A stretch of DNA of 12,337 bases, from positions 1 through 12,337 of the forward strand of contig JASFEA010000092.1 in NCBI GenBank assembly GCA_050125095.1, written 5' to 3'. The position numbers were made by a program, and so were the translations under genes. Position 1 is the stretch's first letter, and each line of letters starts with the position of its first letter. The DNA comes from a bacterium (GTDB lineage: Bacteria; Arandabacterota; Arandabacteria; Arandabacterales; JALGWA01). Positions 1 to 9,563 of this stretch are shown piece by piece. The notes beneath the pieces are model-generated. The model was not told the origin of the DNA, made no database searches, and saw only the letters and a list, made by a program, of their open reading frames with translations.

Positions 1-222
1 CGGGTAGAAGTCCCTGTCCACATGGTGGTTCAACACCGACAGGTTGACGAAATGCCTCGCAATCTCCGGCTCGGATACCTCGGGGAGGCCGACCGGCCCC
101 TCCCTGATCAGGCCGCTTGCGAAAACAGAGGCGGGATCGACCTTCTCCACATCGGGGCGGGGCAGCGTGAAGGCCCGCTTGCCTCTCTCGCTCTTATCAA
201 GCATGGTGGTTCCGATATTCAT
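1..222 (-). CDS. gcvPB: Glycine dehydrogenase (decarboxylating) subunit 2, P-protein beta chain; 5' part only, runs off the window edge
   Basis: Not in the ORF track; translated by hand from ATG at 222: MNIGTTMLDKSERGKRAFTLPRPDVEKVDPASVFASGLIREGPVGLPEVSEPEIARHFVNLSVLNHHVDRDFYP. LPEVSE-x3-RHF-x2-LS-x2-N-x2-VD-x2-FYP is the typical GcvPB N-terminus that precedes LGSCTMKYNP. ATGA overlap with the gcvPA stop, GGAGG 9 nt upstream, and expected position after gcvPA. Confidence 0.95.
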   Translation of the reverse strand, partial: MNIGTTMLDKSERGKRAFTLPRPDVEKVDPASVFASGLIREGPVGLPEVSEPEIARHFVNLSVLNHHVDRDFYP

Positions 223-1583
223 GCCTTCGCCCCTCCCCCGCCGGCGCCGGCGATGAGCGAAACCAGAATGTCGATCTCGGCTCTGGTTCTCTTCTCGGTG
301 AAAGCCACAAGCAGGCAGTTCTTAAGATCGGGGTAGAAGCGTCCGAGCGGGACGCCGGCGAGTATCCCGTGCTCCAGGGCGTCTTCGACAAACGTCTCCG
401 CGTCGACGCCCAGGTCCACCGCGAACTCCTTGAAGAACGGCCCCGCGAAGCGCGGCATTATTCCAAGCGCCTTGAGCTCGCGCGCGGCGTATGCCGCCAG
501 CGAGAGGCAGGTCTCGCCCAGTTCCCTGAGCCCCTGCTCTCCCAGCCACGAGAGATAAACCGTAGCCGAGAGCGCGTTGAGCGCCTGGTTGGTACAGATG
601 TTGGAGGTCGCACGCTCCCGTCTTATATGCTGTTCACGCGTCTGCAGAGTGAGGCAGAAGCAGGGTCTGCCGTCGGCATCGACCGTCTTTCCCACGATCC
701 TGCCCGGCAATTTTCTCATATGTTTCCTGGTGGTCGCAATGAAGCCCAGGTTGGGACCGCCGTAATTCATGGGATTCCCGAGCGACTGGCCCTCCCCTAC
801 GGCTATGTCGGCGCCGAAGGCCGACGGCGGGGCGAGAATCCCCAGCGAAGTCGGGTCGACCGATACGATGAAGAGCACGTTTTTCTCCTTAACCGCGGCG
901 CCTATGGTCTCGAGGTTCTCCACGAGCCCGAAAAAGTTGGGGCTCTCCACTATGACGCAGCCGGTGTCCTCGTCAACAAGCGAAGCAATATCCTCGGGCC
1001 GCGTGACTCCCTCTTCGCGGCCCGTCATTACGACCTCAGCGGTTCCGCCTTCGAGATAGGTGTTTATCACGCCAAGCCTCATGGGGTTCATGCAGCCGCT
1101 GGCGACCACCTTGCTTTTGCGTGACATGCCCAGCGCCATCAGGACGGCTTCGGCCATGGCCGTGGCCCCGTCGTACAGAGATGCGTTGGAGATCTCCATC
1201 CCGGTGAGGCGCGCCATCATCGACTGGAACTCATATATGCTCTGCAGCGTGCCCTGGCTTATCTCCGCCTGGTAGGGCGTATATGCCGTGTAGAACTCCG
1301 GCCTGGAGGCGATCTCGCTCACAATGCTCGGGACATAGTGGTCGTATGAGCCGGCCCCCATGAAGCAGGCGTAAGCTTCCGCCGAGGCGTTGAGCCCCGC
1401 CAGCCGTCCCAGCAATTTCCTGGCCTCGTATTCCGAGAGCGCCGGCTTGAGGTCGAGGCCGCCTTTGATGCGGAGGACCTCCGGGATGTCTTCGAGCAGG
1501 TCCTCGAACCTGTATGCGCCTATGGCCTCCAGCATGGCCTTCCTGTCGGCCGCAGTGTTCGGGAAATAGCAGGCTCCGCTCAT
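219..1583 (-). CDS. gcvPA: Glycine dehydrogenase (decarboxylating) subunit 1, P-protein alpha chain
   Basis: 454 aa with family motifs FMGAGSYDHYVP, EFYTAYTPYQAEISQGTLQ, NASLYDGATA, GGPNLGF, LQTREQHIRRERATSNICTNQAL and TEKRT. Size fits the split two-subunit P protein. Confidence 0.97.
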   Translation of the reverse strand: MSGACYFPNTAADRKAMLEAIGAYRFEDLLEDIPEVLRIKGGLDLKPALSEYEARKLLGRLAGLNASAEAYACFMGAGSYDHYVPSIVSEIASRPEFYTAYTPYQAEISQGTLQSIYEFQSMMARLTGMEISNASLYDGATAMAEAVLMALGMSRKSKVVASGCMNPMRLGVINTYLEGGTAEVVMTGREEGVTRPEDIASLVDEDTGCVIVESPNFFGLVENLETIGAAVKEKNVLFIVSVDPTSLGILAPPSAFGADIAVGEGQSLGNPMNYGGPNLGFIATTRKHMRKLPGRIVGKTVDADGRPCFCLTLQTREQHIRRERATSNICTNQALNALSATVYLSWLGEQGLRELGETCLSLAAYAARELKALGIMPRFAGPFFKEFAVDLGVDAETFVEDALEHGILAGVPLGRFYPDLKNCLLVAFTEKRTRAEIDILVSLIAGAGGGGAKA

Positions 1584-1960
1584 CAGGCGATGATTCCTTT
1601 GTAGTCGGCTGCCTTGAGAAGAGCGTCCACCTCCCCGGCGTCGCTCATCTTTATCTTGATAAGCCAGCCGTCGCCATAGGGCGACTCCTTGATCTTTTCG
1701 GGCGCCGCGGCGATATCGTCGTTGACTTCGGTCACTTCACCCGATACGGGGCTAATGATATCGCTCACCGCCTTGACGGCTTCCACCGTTCCGAAAGGCT
1801 TGCTGGCCGCGACCTCGTCGCCGACCTGCGGCAATTCGACATAGACTATATCGCCGAGCTGGCTCTGAGCGTAGTCGGTGATGCCGACGACGGCTGTGTC
1901 GCCTTCCACTCTCAACCACTCATGGTCCTTGGTGTAGTGGAGTTCTTCCGGGACCTGCAT
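1583..1960 (-). CDS. gcvH: Glycine cleavage system H protein (lipoyl carrier)
   Basis: 125 aa; YTKDHEW, VGITDYAQSQLGDIVYVELP, VEAVKAVSDI with lipoyl lysine K63 (codon 1772-1774), SPYGDGWL. AAGGAG ribosome-binding site upstream. Confidence 0.98.
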   Translation of the reverse strand: MQVPEELHYTKDHEWLRVEGDTAVVGITDYAQSQLGDIVYVELPQVGDEVAASKPFGTVEAVKAVSDIISPVSGEVTEVNDDIAAAPEKIKESPYGDGWLIKIKMSDAGEVDALLKAADYKGIIA

Positions 1961-1966
1961 CGATTG

Positions 1967-1972
1967 CTCCTT
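1967..1972 (-). promoter_or_regulatory. Shine-Dalgarno site of gcvH
   Basis: AAGGAG on the minus strand, 6 nt before the ATG at 1960. Confidence 0.8.
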
Positions 1973-1984
1973 TCCGATCCGTTT

Positions 1985-3073
1985 CTACTTGTGCGAGGCC
2001 TCCTTGTAGAAGGGGCCCTTCACGTACTCAGCTTTTACCTTCTCTCCCCTTACGTCTATGCTGAAATCCGAGGTCTTCTTTGCGTGGGGCCGGGCGACAT
2101 AGGCCAGCGCGATCCCGCACTCGAGCGAGGGCGAGAATCCGCCGCTGGTTACGGCGCCGACCTCCTCATCGCCCGCACGGACTTTGAAACCGGGCCTGGG
2201 GAATCGCCTCGTCTGCGTCATAAGACCCACGAGGCGTCTCTTCAGGCCCTCTTCCCTCTGCCTCGCCAGCACATCGCGGCCCGTGAAATCGCCCTTGTCC
2301 ATTTTCACTATCCAGCCGAGCCCTGCTTCGAGCGGCGTCGTGGTCTCGTCCATGTCGCTACCGTGAAGCCGGAACGCCATCTCGAGCCTCAGCGTGTCCC
2401 GCGCGCCCAGCCCGCATGGAACCGGTCCCGCGTCGCTCGCGAGCACGGCGTCCCATATCTCGCCCGTCCGGGCGGCGTCCGCGTATATCTCGAAACCGTC
2501 CTCGCCGGTGTAACCCGTCCTCGATACGAGGCACGGCACGCCGGCGACGGAGGAATTCATGGAGTGATAGTATCCGAGGCCGGAGATGTCGTCCGCGGCG
2601 AGCGGCGCCACTATGCCCTCGGCTTGCGGGCCCTGAACGGCGATCTGACCGATGGCATCGGAGATGTTCTTAAGCTCCACGCCCTCATGCAGCCTGCCGC
2701 TCAGCCATTCGAAATCCCTCGCCGTATTCGCGGCGTTGACGACCAGGAGATAGTCGGAGTCCCTGCGGTAGAGGACGAGGTCGTCGATGACTCCGCCCTC
2801 GTCGTTGAGCATCGCGCTGTATTGAACCTGGAAGGGCTCGAGCGCGGCGACGTCGTTCGTGGTGACCGCGTTGAGGTACTCGAGGGCCCTGTCGCCCGAT
2901 ACGGTGAACTCGCCCATATGCGAAACGTCGAACACGCCGGCACTCCGCCTCACCGCCCTGTGCTCTTCCACTATGCCGCCGTACTGCACGGGCATGAGGA
3001 AACCCGCGAACTCGACCATCTTGCCGCCGAGCTTCACATGGCTGTCATAAAGAGGTGTCTTCCTGGGTTCCAA
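1985..3073 (-). CDS. gcvT: Aminomethyltransferase, glycine cleavage system T protein
   Basis: 362 aa; KTPLY-x2-H, MVEFAGFLMPVQY, EH-x-AVR-x3-GVFDVSHMGE, SRTGYTGEDGFEI, GLGARDTLRLE. TTG start with GGAGG 7 nt upstream. Confidence 0.98.
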   Translation of the reverse strand: MEPRKTPLYDSHVKLGGKMVEFAGFLMPVQYGGIVEEHRAVRRSAGVFDVSHMGEFTVSGDRALEYLNAVTTNDVAALEPFQVQYSAMLNDEGGVIDDLVLYRRDSDYLLVVNAANTARDFEWLSGRLHEGVELKNISDAIGQIAVQGPQAEGIVAPLAADDISGLGYYHSMNSSVAGVPCLVSRTGYTGEDGFEIYADAARTGEIWDAVLASDAGPVPCGLGARDTLRLEMAFRLHGSDMDETTTPLEAGLGWIVKMDKGDFTGRDVLARQREEGLKRRLVGLMTQTRRFPRPGFKVRAGDEEVGAVTSGGFSPSLECGIALAYVARPHAKKTSDFSIDVRGEKVKAEYVKGPFYKEASHK

Positions 3074-3082
3074 CTGGGTTCC
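3063..3082. repeat. 9-bp direct repeat CTGGGTTCC-AA-CTGGGTTCC across the gcvT translation start
   Basis: Exact copies at 3063-3071 and 3074-3082 (11-bp period). The repeat is directly visible; its function is unknown. Confidence 0.5.
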
Positions 3083-3085
3083 TCC
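3081..3085 (-). promoter_or_regulatory. Shine-Dalgarno site of gcvT
   Basis: GGAGG on the minus strand, 7 nt before the TTG start at 3073. Confidence 0.8.
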
Positions 3086-3102
3086 CGATGAACTACGGAA
3101 TA

Positions 3103-5970
3103 CTAACCCGCCGCCCTCCGTTTATCAAGTCGATAGGTCTTGCTTTCGTCATCGAAAATCTGCCTGAGCACCGCGCCCGTATACGACCCCTCCTGCCGCG
3201 CGACCTCCTCGGGCGTCCCCCTGGCGACCACCCTGCCTCCGCCGTCCCCTCCCTCCGGCCCGAGGTCCACGATGCGGTCGGCGAACTTGATGCAGTCGGG
3301 ATTGTGCTCGATGACGACCACCGTGTTGCCCATCTCCACGAGCCTGTTGAGCACATTCAGGAGCTGAAGCGTATCCTCGAAGTGAAGGCCCGTGGTCGGC
3401 TCGTCCAGTATGTAAAGCGTCTTGCCGGTGCTTGTCTTGGATAGCTCCTTTGAGAGTTTGACGCGCTGGGCCTCCCCGCCCGAGAGTGTGGTGGCGCGCT
3501 GGCCCAGCTCTATGTAGCCGAGGCCCACTGCATAAAGCGTGTCCAGCTTCTTCTCTATGGCCGGGATGTTCTCGAAGAACTCCCTCGCCTCGGCGACTGT
3601 CATCGAAAGCACGTCGGCGATGTTCTTGCCCCTGTAACGGATCTCCAGTGTCTCGCGCTCGTAGCGCTTTCCCTTGCAGACGTCGCATCTAACGTAGACG
3701 TCCGGCAAGAAGTGCATTTCGATCTTGATGACGCCGTCGCCGCGGCAGGCTTCGCACCTGCCGCCCTTGACATTGAAGCTGAACCTGCCCGGCTGGTAGC
3801 CCCTCATCCTGGCCTCGGGCACCTGGCTGAACACCTCCCTTATGGGGGTGAAGGCCCCGGTATATGTCGCCGGGTTGGAGCGGGGCGTGCGTCCTATCGG
3901 CGACTGGTCGATATCGATGACTTTGTCTATGTGCTCTATTCCGTCTATGGCGTCATGCTCTCCCGGCACCTGCTTGGCCGAGTAGAAGTGCCGGGCCAGC
4001 GCCCGGTAGAGGATCTCGTTTACGAGCGTGCTCTTTCCCGAGCCCGAGACCCCCGTGATGCATGTGAAGGTGCCCAGCTCGATGTCGACATCTATGTTGT
4101 CCAGGTTGTGCTGGCGCGCGCCCCTGATAACGATGCGCTCGCCGCTTCCCGCCCGGCGGGTCCCGGGAGTGGGTATGCTCCTCGCGCCCTTCAGGTACTG
4201 CCCCGTGAGCGAATTGGAGGTCTTCATTATCCTCCCGGGATTCCCCACGGCGACCACGCGGCCGCCGTCCTTTCCGGCTCCGGGGCCGAGGTCGATGACA
4301 TAGTCGGCGGCCATTATGGTCTCCCTGTCGTGCTCGACGACGACCACCGTGTTTCCCATGTCCCGAAGGCGCCTCAGGGTGTCGAGAAGCCGCCTGTTGT
4401 CCCGCATGTGAAGGCCGATGCTGGGCTCGTCGAGCACGTAAAGCACGCCGACCAGGCTCGAGCCTATCTGCGTCGCCAGCCTGATGCGCTGGGACTCGCC
4501 GCCCGCCAGTGTCGACGCCTGCCGGTCCAGCGTGAGATAGGAAAGTCCCACGTCCCCCATGAACCTGAGGCGGTCCTGAATTTCCTTCAATATGGGCGTC
4601 GCGATTTTCTTCATACGCCCCGTGAAAGAGAGGCCCCCGAAGAACTCGATCCCCGCCCGGACAGAGAGCGCCGTGGCCTCGGCGATGGACCTGCCGCCGA
4701 CTTTGACGGCGAGGCTCTCGGGCCTGAGCCTGGCCCCATGGCATTCGGGACACGGCTTCATGGACATGTACCTGCCGATCCAGCCCCTCATGTCGTCCGA
4801 CGACGTCTCGACGAAACGGCGCTCGAGATTGGGAATCACGCCCTCGAACGCTGAGACATACTCATAGCTGCGCCTCGTCGCCGAGTGCTTTAGGCTGAAC
4901 TCTATTTCCTGGTCGCCCGTGCCGTAGAGAAGCACCTTCTGCTGCGCCTTCTTAAGGTTCTTGAAGGGCCTGTCCATGTCGATGCAGTAGCGCTCCGCCA
5001 CCGTCTCTATCATCGACCAGGTCAGGCTGTCGCGCTTCTTGCCCCAGGGCGTAACCGCCCCTTCTCTCAAGGAGACCGAGTCGTCGGGAACGATCAGCGA
5101 CGGGTCGATCTCGAGCCTCGTGCCCATGCCGTCACATGTCCTGCAGGCGCCGTAGGGGCTGTTGAACGAGAACATCCTGGGCGAGATCTCGGGGAAGCTG
5201 ATGCCGCAGTCAATGCATGCGAAGAGCCTGCTCATGACGATTTCTCTGTTGCGCCCCACCCTTGCGTTGACAACGCCCTCTCCGACTTTGAGCGCCGTCT
5301 CGATGGAATCGGTGAGCCGCCATCTGAGGTCCGGGGCCATCTTGAGCCTGTCGACCACGACCTCGATGGTGTGCTTCTTATGCCGCTCCAGGTCTATCCT
5401 GCGGTCCAGGTCCACTATCCTGCCGTCGACGCGGGCCCTTACGAAGCCCTGCTTGCGCGCCTTCTCGATAAGCGCCCGATGATGCCCCTTCCTCCCCCTT
5501 ACAAGAGGAGCCATGATGTAAACCGTCGTGCCGTCCTCAAGTTCGAGCAGCCTGTCCACCATCGCCTCCGGCGTCTGTCGAGATATCTCTTTGCCGCATC
5601 CGGGGCAGTGCGGGACGCCCGCGCGCGCGTATAAGAGGCGCATGTAATCGTAGACTTCGGTGATGGTGCCAACCGTGGACCGCGGGTTGGTGCCCGCGGT
5701 GCGCTGCTCGATGCTAATGGCCGGCGACAGCCCCTCTATGTAGTCTACGTCGGGTTTCTCCATCTGCCCGAGAAACTGCCGCGCATAAGTTGAAAGCGAC
5801 TCGACATACCTGCGCTGGCCCTCGGCGTAAATGGTGTCGAAAGCCAGGGAGGATTTGCCGGAGCCGCTGAGGCCGGTGATCACCGTTATCCTGTCACGGG
5901 GTATTCTCACGTCGATCGACTTCAGATTGTGTTCGCGGGCGCCCTTAACGACTATATGATTTCCCGACAT
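3103..5970 (-). CDS. uvrA: Excinuclease ABC subunit A
   Basis: ~955 aa; GAREHNLK, Walker [28 protein letters not shown], zinc-binding CxxC pairs (CPGC/CIDC, CRTC/CPEC, CEAC/CDVC), second Walker [46 protein letters not shown] at 5970 preferred over TTG at 5973 because it forms a TGATG overlap and has GGGGAG about 5 nt upstream. Confidence 0.98.
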   Translation of the reverse strand: MSGNHIVVKGAREHNLKSIDVRIPRDRITVITGLSGSGKSSLAFDTIYAEGQRRYVESLSTYARQFLGQMEKPDVDYIEGLSPAISIEQRTAGTNPRSTVGTITEVYDYMRLLYARAGVPHCPGCGKEISRQTPEAMVDRLLELEDGTTVYIMAPLVRGRKGHHRALIEKARKQGFVRARVDGRIVDLDRRIDLERHKKHTIEVVVDRLKMAPDLRWRLTDSIETALKVGEGVVNARVGRNREIVMSRLFACIDCGISFPEISPRMFSFNSPYGACRTCDGMGTRLEIDPSLIVPDDSVSLREGAVTPWGKKRDSLTWSMIETVAERYCIDMDRPFKNLKKAQQKVLLYGTGDQEIEFSLKHSATRRSYEYVSAFEGVIPNLERRFVETSSDDMRGWIGRYMSMKPCPECHGARLRPESLAVKVGGRSIAEATALSVRAGIEFFGGLSFTGRMKKIATPILKEIQDRLRFMGDVGLSYLTLDRQASTLAGGESQRIRLATQIGSSLVGVLYVLDEPSIGLHMRDNRRLLDTLRRLRDMGNTVVVVEHDRETIMAADYVIDLGPGAGKDGGRVVAVGNPGRIMKTSNSLTGQYLKGARSIPTPGTRRAGSGERIVIRGARQHNLDNIDVDIELGTFTCITGVSGSGKSTLVNEILYRALARHFYSAKQVPGEHDAIDGIEHIDKVIDIDQSPIGRTPRSNPATYTGAFTPIREVFSQVPEARMRGYQPGRFSFNVKGGRCEACRGDGVIKIEMHFLPDVYVRCDVCKGKRYERETLEIRYRGKNIADVLSMTVAEAREFFENIPAIEKKLDTLYAVGLGYIELGQRATTLSGGEAQRVKLSKELSKTSTGKTLYILDEPTTGLHFEDTLQLLNVLNRLVEMGNTVVVIEHNPDCIKFADRIVDLGPEGGDGGGRVVARGTPEEVARQEGSYTGAVLRQIFDDESKTYRLDKRRAAG

Positions 5971-8900
5971 CAACGCTCCCCGACAATCTCCGTGAGTTTC
6001 TCATATGAGGCCGCCCCCCAGGTGGATTCAAGGCCGAAGGTGCTGACGTTCCGTTCATAGATTAACTTGGCCGCAGCTCTTAAGCCAGCGCTTTGGCACT
6101 CCATCCCGGCCCGGTACAGAGCCGTCCCGGCCCAGGCCTCTTCACCCGGATAGAGGTGCCCGGTTCTCAGAAACTCCAGCGCCGCCTCCCCGTGAAGGCC
6201 GGCCTCCGCCAGGCATTCACCCAGCCAGAAATTGGCCTCGGCGCGTGTCTCCGGACCGGCGGCATACTCAAGGAGCGTCTTGTAGATGTCCCTGGCCTCC
6301 AGGGGGAGACCGTTCTTTTCGAGGCAGTAGGCGCTGCGCATGAGGGCCCGCTCGAACCTCTCCGAGAAAGGAAAGCCGGCCGCCAGTTCGTAGAAAGCTC
6401 CGCTGGCCCCGGCGAGGTCGCCGCTTTCTTCCAGGGCCAGGCCCAGGTTGAAGAGAGCGTCCTGCCTGAGCGTCACCTTCCCCTGGTCCGCCGCCATACG
6501 GAAGTGCGCGGCAGACGAGTCATATGCCTCCGTGATGTAATAGGTCGTTCCCAGTTTGAAATAGACGTCGGGGCGCAGCCTCGATTCAGGGAAGTACTCC
6601 TTCATTATGAGGAAAGTCTGTTTCGCCTCTTCACCGGCTTTCTCGAGCAGGAAGGAGATACCCTTGCGGTACACGGCATCGGCCAGGAGTTCGCTTCTCA
6701 CGCCCCGCTCGAAAAGGCTGTCGGCTATGGCGTCGGCCTTGCCCACGTACATATCTCTGTAAAGCATGTTGGCGCGTATGGCGTCTATGTCGTCGGCGGC
6801 CCGGCGGGCGAGCGGAAAGCGCTGCTTGAATCTCTCGCCGGCAGGCAGGCAGATCTCGTCCGTGCCGGAGGCGCAGTCGAGCTCGGCCCTGAGTTTCATC
6901 CTGGCGTAGGAGTCCAGAGCGTCCTTGCAGTTGGGCGACAGGTGATCCAACATGGCGCGGAAGAGGCCGGCATGATCGCCCGTGACCGGGTCATAGGCCG
7001 ACAGCAACACCTGGCAGTGGACGCCGTCGAGCTGTGCCCGGGGAATGGTCTCCAGGAATCGCAGGGCCAGGCCGTCATAACCCGCGAGAGCGAGGTCGTA
7101 CGCCGCAAGCAGGGGAATGTACTCACCATATATCTCATGCATGCCCAGATAATGGTAGCGATCGAAGTACAGGGTGAAAACATCCCGCGGGAGGCGGGCT
7201 TCGCCCGCGCTCAATATGCCGGTCAGCATCCTCGCCGCAACGGATGTCTCGTCTGCGGTGTATATGCCCAGGACGCTGCTTGAAGTCTCGAGAGCTTCCT
7301 CTGACCTGCCCAGCGCCTGGTAGCAGCGGGCTTTTCTCAGGCTTACCGATGGCGAGCCGCCGGCTTTGTCATAATTCTCGAGTGCCTTTTCGAGATCGCC
7401 CCGTCCCACGTAGCAGTCGCCCATCCCCATTCTTGAGAGCTTCTTGACGGTCGAGTCCCTGGCCCTCTTCCGGCACGCATCGAATCTCTCAAGGGCCTCC
7501 GGGTAGTCGCCTTTTCTGAGCCTTATGCATGCATCGAGAAACACCGCCTGCTCGATGGCCTCCGGGGCCGGCGTAAGCTCGAAGAGGCGTCCGAGCACGT
7601 CCACGCAGAGGTCGTAAGCGGGGGCGTCACCCCGCTCATAGAGCCGGTAAAGCACTCTCGCGAGATCGAGGAGTTCCGCATCGTCCAGATCCTCCCTTGC
7701 CGCGAGAGACCTTGCCGCTTCAGTCGATCGAAACAGGTCCAGGGTGAGCCAGCCGGTCGACGACTTGAGAAGGCCTATGAGGTCCCCCGGGTCCACGGCA
7801 GCGGATGCTGCGAGCGCGGCCGCGGAGTTCAGGGCTTTGTCCCTCGAGGCCCCGTTTCCGTTCTTGATGTAGTCGTTGGAGAACGCCCTCGCGGCCATGA
7901 GGCGTATGCGGTCGCGTTCCGCGGCGTCTCCGGTTTCACCGGCGGCCCTCTGGTAGTACCCGGCGGCTCTGGCGTAATCTCTCAGTCTCTCGTCAAAGAC
8001 GAGCGCCACCTCAAGGCTGGTCTTCTCGCCCTCGGCCACCTCCTGAACGGCGAGGCTGACATCCTCCTCGACGGGAGGCTTCAGGCCCAGCGAATAGGCG
8101 CGTTCCTCGGATGCGAACACGGCCTCGGACGGAACCGGAGAGGCCTGGATGCGCGTGTATAAATCGATGGCTTTCGCGGTGTCGCCCGCGCGCTCGAGCA
8201 GGCCGCCGAGCTCCAGCAGGGCCCGGTCATCGAAACCAACGGCAAGGGGGCGCGCGTAATCTTCAACAACGGGCCATACATCCTCTGACCGCACGCCGCC
8301 GGCCCGCAGGTTGAGCCAGTAGATAATCTCATTCGGATACGCGATCTTGTCCCAGTAAGGTCCGGCCCGCACGAGGTCGATCTGCGTCTGAGTGGGCATA
8401 GCCAGGTCTTCGCTGCCGGACGCCAGCCGCGCCATGGCCATAATGAAAGGACCTCTCAGTACCGGCTCGGTCCCCGCCGCGATCGCCACGAGTGAGTCGT
8501 AGGCCGCCTGCTCGCTCTCCAGCGACATGGCCCTCGCGTACCTGAGCTTATCCGACCCGCCTCTTGCGAGCAGATCATCACAGTACTTCCCCACATCCGC
8601 CCCCCTCTCCAGGCCGTCGAGTACCATATTTTCGAAAAGCGGATCCGGAGAGAAGGTGGTGTCCGCGGCTACCGAGGCCAGGAGTTCTTTCCACAGCCCG
8701 GGGGCGCCCCATGCCGTCACTTCAAGCAGGCCCAGACGCTCGTCAAGCGGAAGCTCTATCTCCCTCTCCGCCGCCTCGCGATACACCGCCGTGGCCCTCT
8801 CCACATCGCCTCTTCTCAGGTGACAGCGAATGAGCCCGGCTGAGCCGCGGGCAAAAGCGGCGTTGTGAAGGACTTCGAATCCGTCCAGGGCCTCATCTAT

Positions 8901-9455
8901 ATCCCCGGTCTCTTCATTGCAGAGCGCGAGATAAAAAGTTATGCCGGCCCTCAGGCCCTCCCCCTCGTCGCGAATGGCCTCGAGGTGGAGGCGCGCCTCC
9001 TCGAACCGCCCGAGGTCGAAAAGACATCGCGCCCTGAGATACTGCGCTTCAATGAGGGCGGGTTTGACGGGGAAGCTCGAGGTCAGCGAGTCGAGCGCGG
9101 CCAGCGCCCTCTCATAGTCGCGGCCCCGAAGCAGCCCCTCGGCCCTGATGAGCATGACAAGCGCGTCAAGATGGCTGCCGTCAACCTCAATGCTGTCGGC
9201 GAATGCTGACGCGAGGCCTATCCGCCCTTCGTCAAGCAGCATGCCCGCGTAATCCCTCAGCGCCTGCAGGCTCCCCTCTTCGAGAGCCAGTCTCCTCAGC
9301 TCTAGGAGGTATATGGGTCTTAACTCCGGCCGAGCGAGGTATTCCAGCAGGGGCTCGCGGCCCTCACCCTTCCCGGCTCCCGCGGCGCCCGGTACTGCGG
9401 CGCCCAGTGCCGCGACTGAGATGCACAGCAGCGCAAAGGCCGTTTTCAATCTCAT
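5970..9455 (-). CDS. Large predicted exported tetratricopeptide-repeat (alpha-solenoid) protein of unknown function
   Basis: ~1161 aa from ATG 9455 (track starts at TTG 9470; AAGGTAGGAG lies just before the ATG). Sec-type signal [30 protein letters not shown]-like units at the N-terminus ([36 protein letters not shown]), middle ([18 protein letters not shown]) and C-terminus ([54 protein letters not shown]). Confidence 0.85.
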   Translation of the reverse strand: MRLKTAFALLCISVAALGAAVPGAAGAGKGEGREPLLEYLARPELRPIYLLELRRLALEEGSLQALRDYAGMLLDEGRIGLASAFADSIEVDGSHLDALVMLIRAEGLLRGRDYERALAALDSLTSSFPVKPALIEAQYLRARCLFDLGRFEEARLHLEAIRDEGEGLRAGITFYLALCNEETGDIDEALDGFEVLHNAAFARGSAGLIRCHLRRGDVERATAVYREAAEREIELPLDERLGLLEVTAWGAPGLWKELLASVAADTTFSPDPLFENMVLDGLERGADVGKYCDDLLARGGSDKLRYARAMSLESEQAAYDSLVAIAAGTEPVLRGPFIMAMARLASGSEDLAMPTQTQIDLVRAGPYWDKIAYPNEIIYWLNLRAGGVRSEDVWPVVEDYARPLAVGFDDRALLELGGLLERAGDTAKAIDLYTRIQASPVPSEAVFASEERAYSLGLKPPVEEDVSLAVQEVAEGEKTSLEVALVFDERLRDYARAAGYYQRAAGETGDAAERDRIRLMAARAFSNDYIKNGNGASRDKALNSAAALAASAAVDPGDLIGLLKSSTGWLTLDLFRSTEAARSLAAREDLDDAELLDLARVLYRLYERGDAPAYDLCVDVLGRLFELTPAPEAIEQAVFLDACIRLRKGDYPEALERFDACRKRARDSTVKKLSRMGMGDCYVGRGDLEKALENYDKAGGSPSVSLRKARCYQALGRSEEALETSSSVLGIYTADETSVAARMLTGILSAGEARLPRDVFTLYFDRYHYLGMHEIYGEYIPLLAAYDLALAGYDGLALRFLETIPRAQLDGVHCQVLLSAYDPVTGDHAGLFRAMLDHLSPNCKDALDSYARMKLRAELDCASGTDEICLPAGERFKQRFPLARRAADDIDAIRANMLYRDMYVGKADAIADSLFERGVRSELLADAVYRKGISFLLEKAGEEAKQTFLIMKEYFPESRLRPDVYFKLGTTYYITEAYDSSAAHFRMAADQGKVTLRQDALFNLGLALEESGDLAGASGAFYELAAGFPFSERFERALMRSAYCLEKNGLPLEARDIYKTLLEYAAGPETRAEANFWLGECLAEAGLHGEAALEFLRTGHLYPGEEAWAGTALYRAGMECQSAGLRAAAKLIYERNVSTFGLESTWGAASYEKLTEIVGER

Positions 9456-9493
9456 TCTCCTACCTTGCAATTGATGGTGCAGTGGGCGCGCAT

Positions 9494-9522
9494 ATGATAA
9501 CCGCCATGGGCGGCCGAATCAA
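9494..9522 (-). promoter_or_regulatory. Putative sigma70-type promoter for the large TPR gene and downstream genes
   Basis: Minus strand reads TTGATT (9522-9517), 17 nt, TATCAT (9499-9494): 4/6 and 5/6 matches to TTGACA/TATAAT at optimal spacing. It lies in the only sizeable intergenic gap and is preceded by AT-richer ATTTAAGGTA. Confidence 0.65.
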
Positions 9523-9563
9523 TACCTTAAATGCGGGCGTCGCGCGGCGAGGCGCGCGTTCTG

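Noticed and set aside
369..1124. 251-aa plus-strand ORF and the short ORFs at 22-336 and 44-256
   Set aside because: Antisense to gcvPA and gcvPB, which explain the region completely.
1514..3091. 525-aa plus-strand ORF
   Set aside because: Antisense shadow of gcvT and gcvH. High GC and codon bias suppress stops on the opposite strand, and the translation has no recognisable motifs.
3074..3102. Glycine riboswitch or terminator upstream of gcvT
   Set aside because: Only 29 bp are available; there is no aptamer-sized non-coding sequence and no hairpin with a U-tract.
3712..4854. 380-aa plus-strand ORF and the 266-aa and 179-aa alternative-frame minus ORFs in uvrA
   Set aside because: They lie within a fully conserved uvrA, have composition typical of off-frame GC-rich translation, and show no family motifs.
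6093..7283. 396-aa plus-strand ORF
   Set aside because: Antisense to the TPR-rich C-terminal part of the large protein; no independent coding evidence.
9423..9455. Lipoprotein signal in the large TPR protein (Cys11)
   Set aside because: ALLC does not fit the lipobox and lies too early in the hydrophobic stretch; a signal peptidase I site at AGA fits better.
9541..9558. GC hairpin CGCGCG-N6-CGCGCG just after the uppP stop, as an intrinsic terminator
   Set aside because: The stem is short and low-complexity and no U-tract follows directly; too weak to call.
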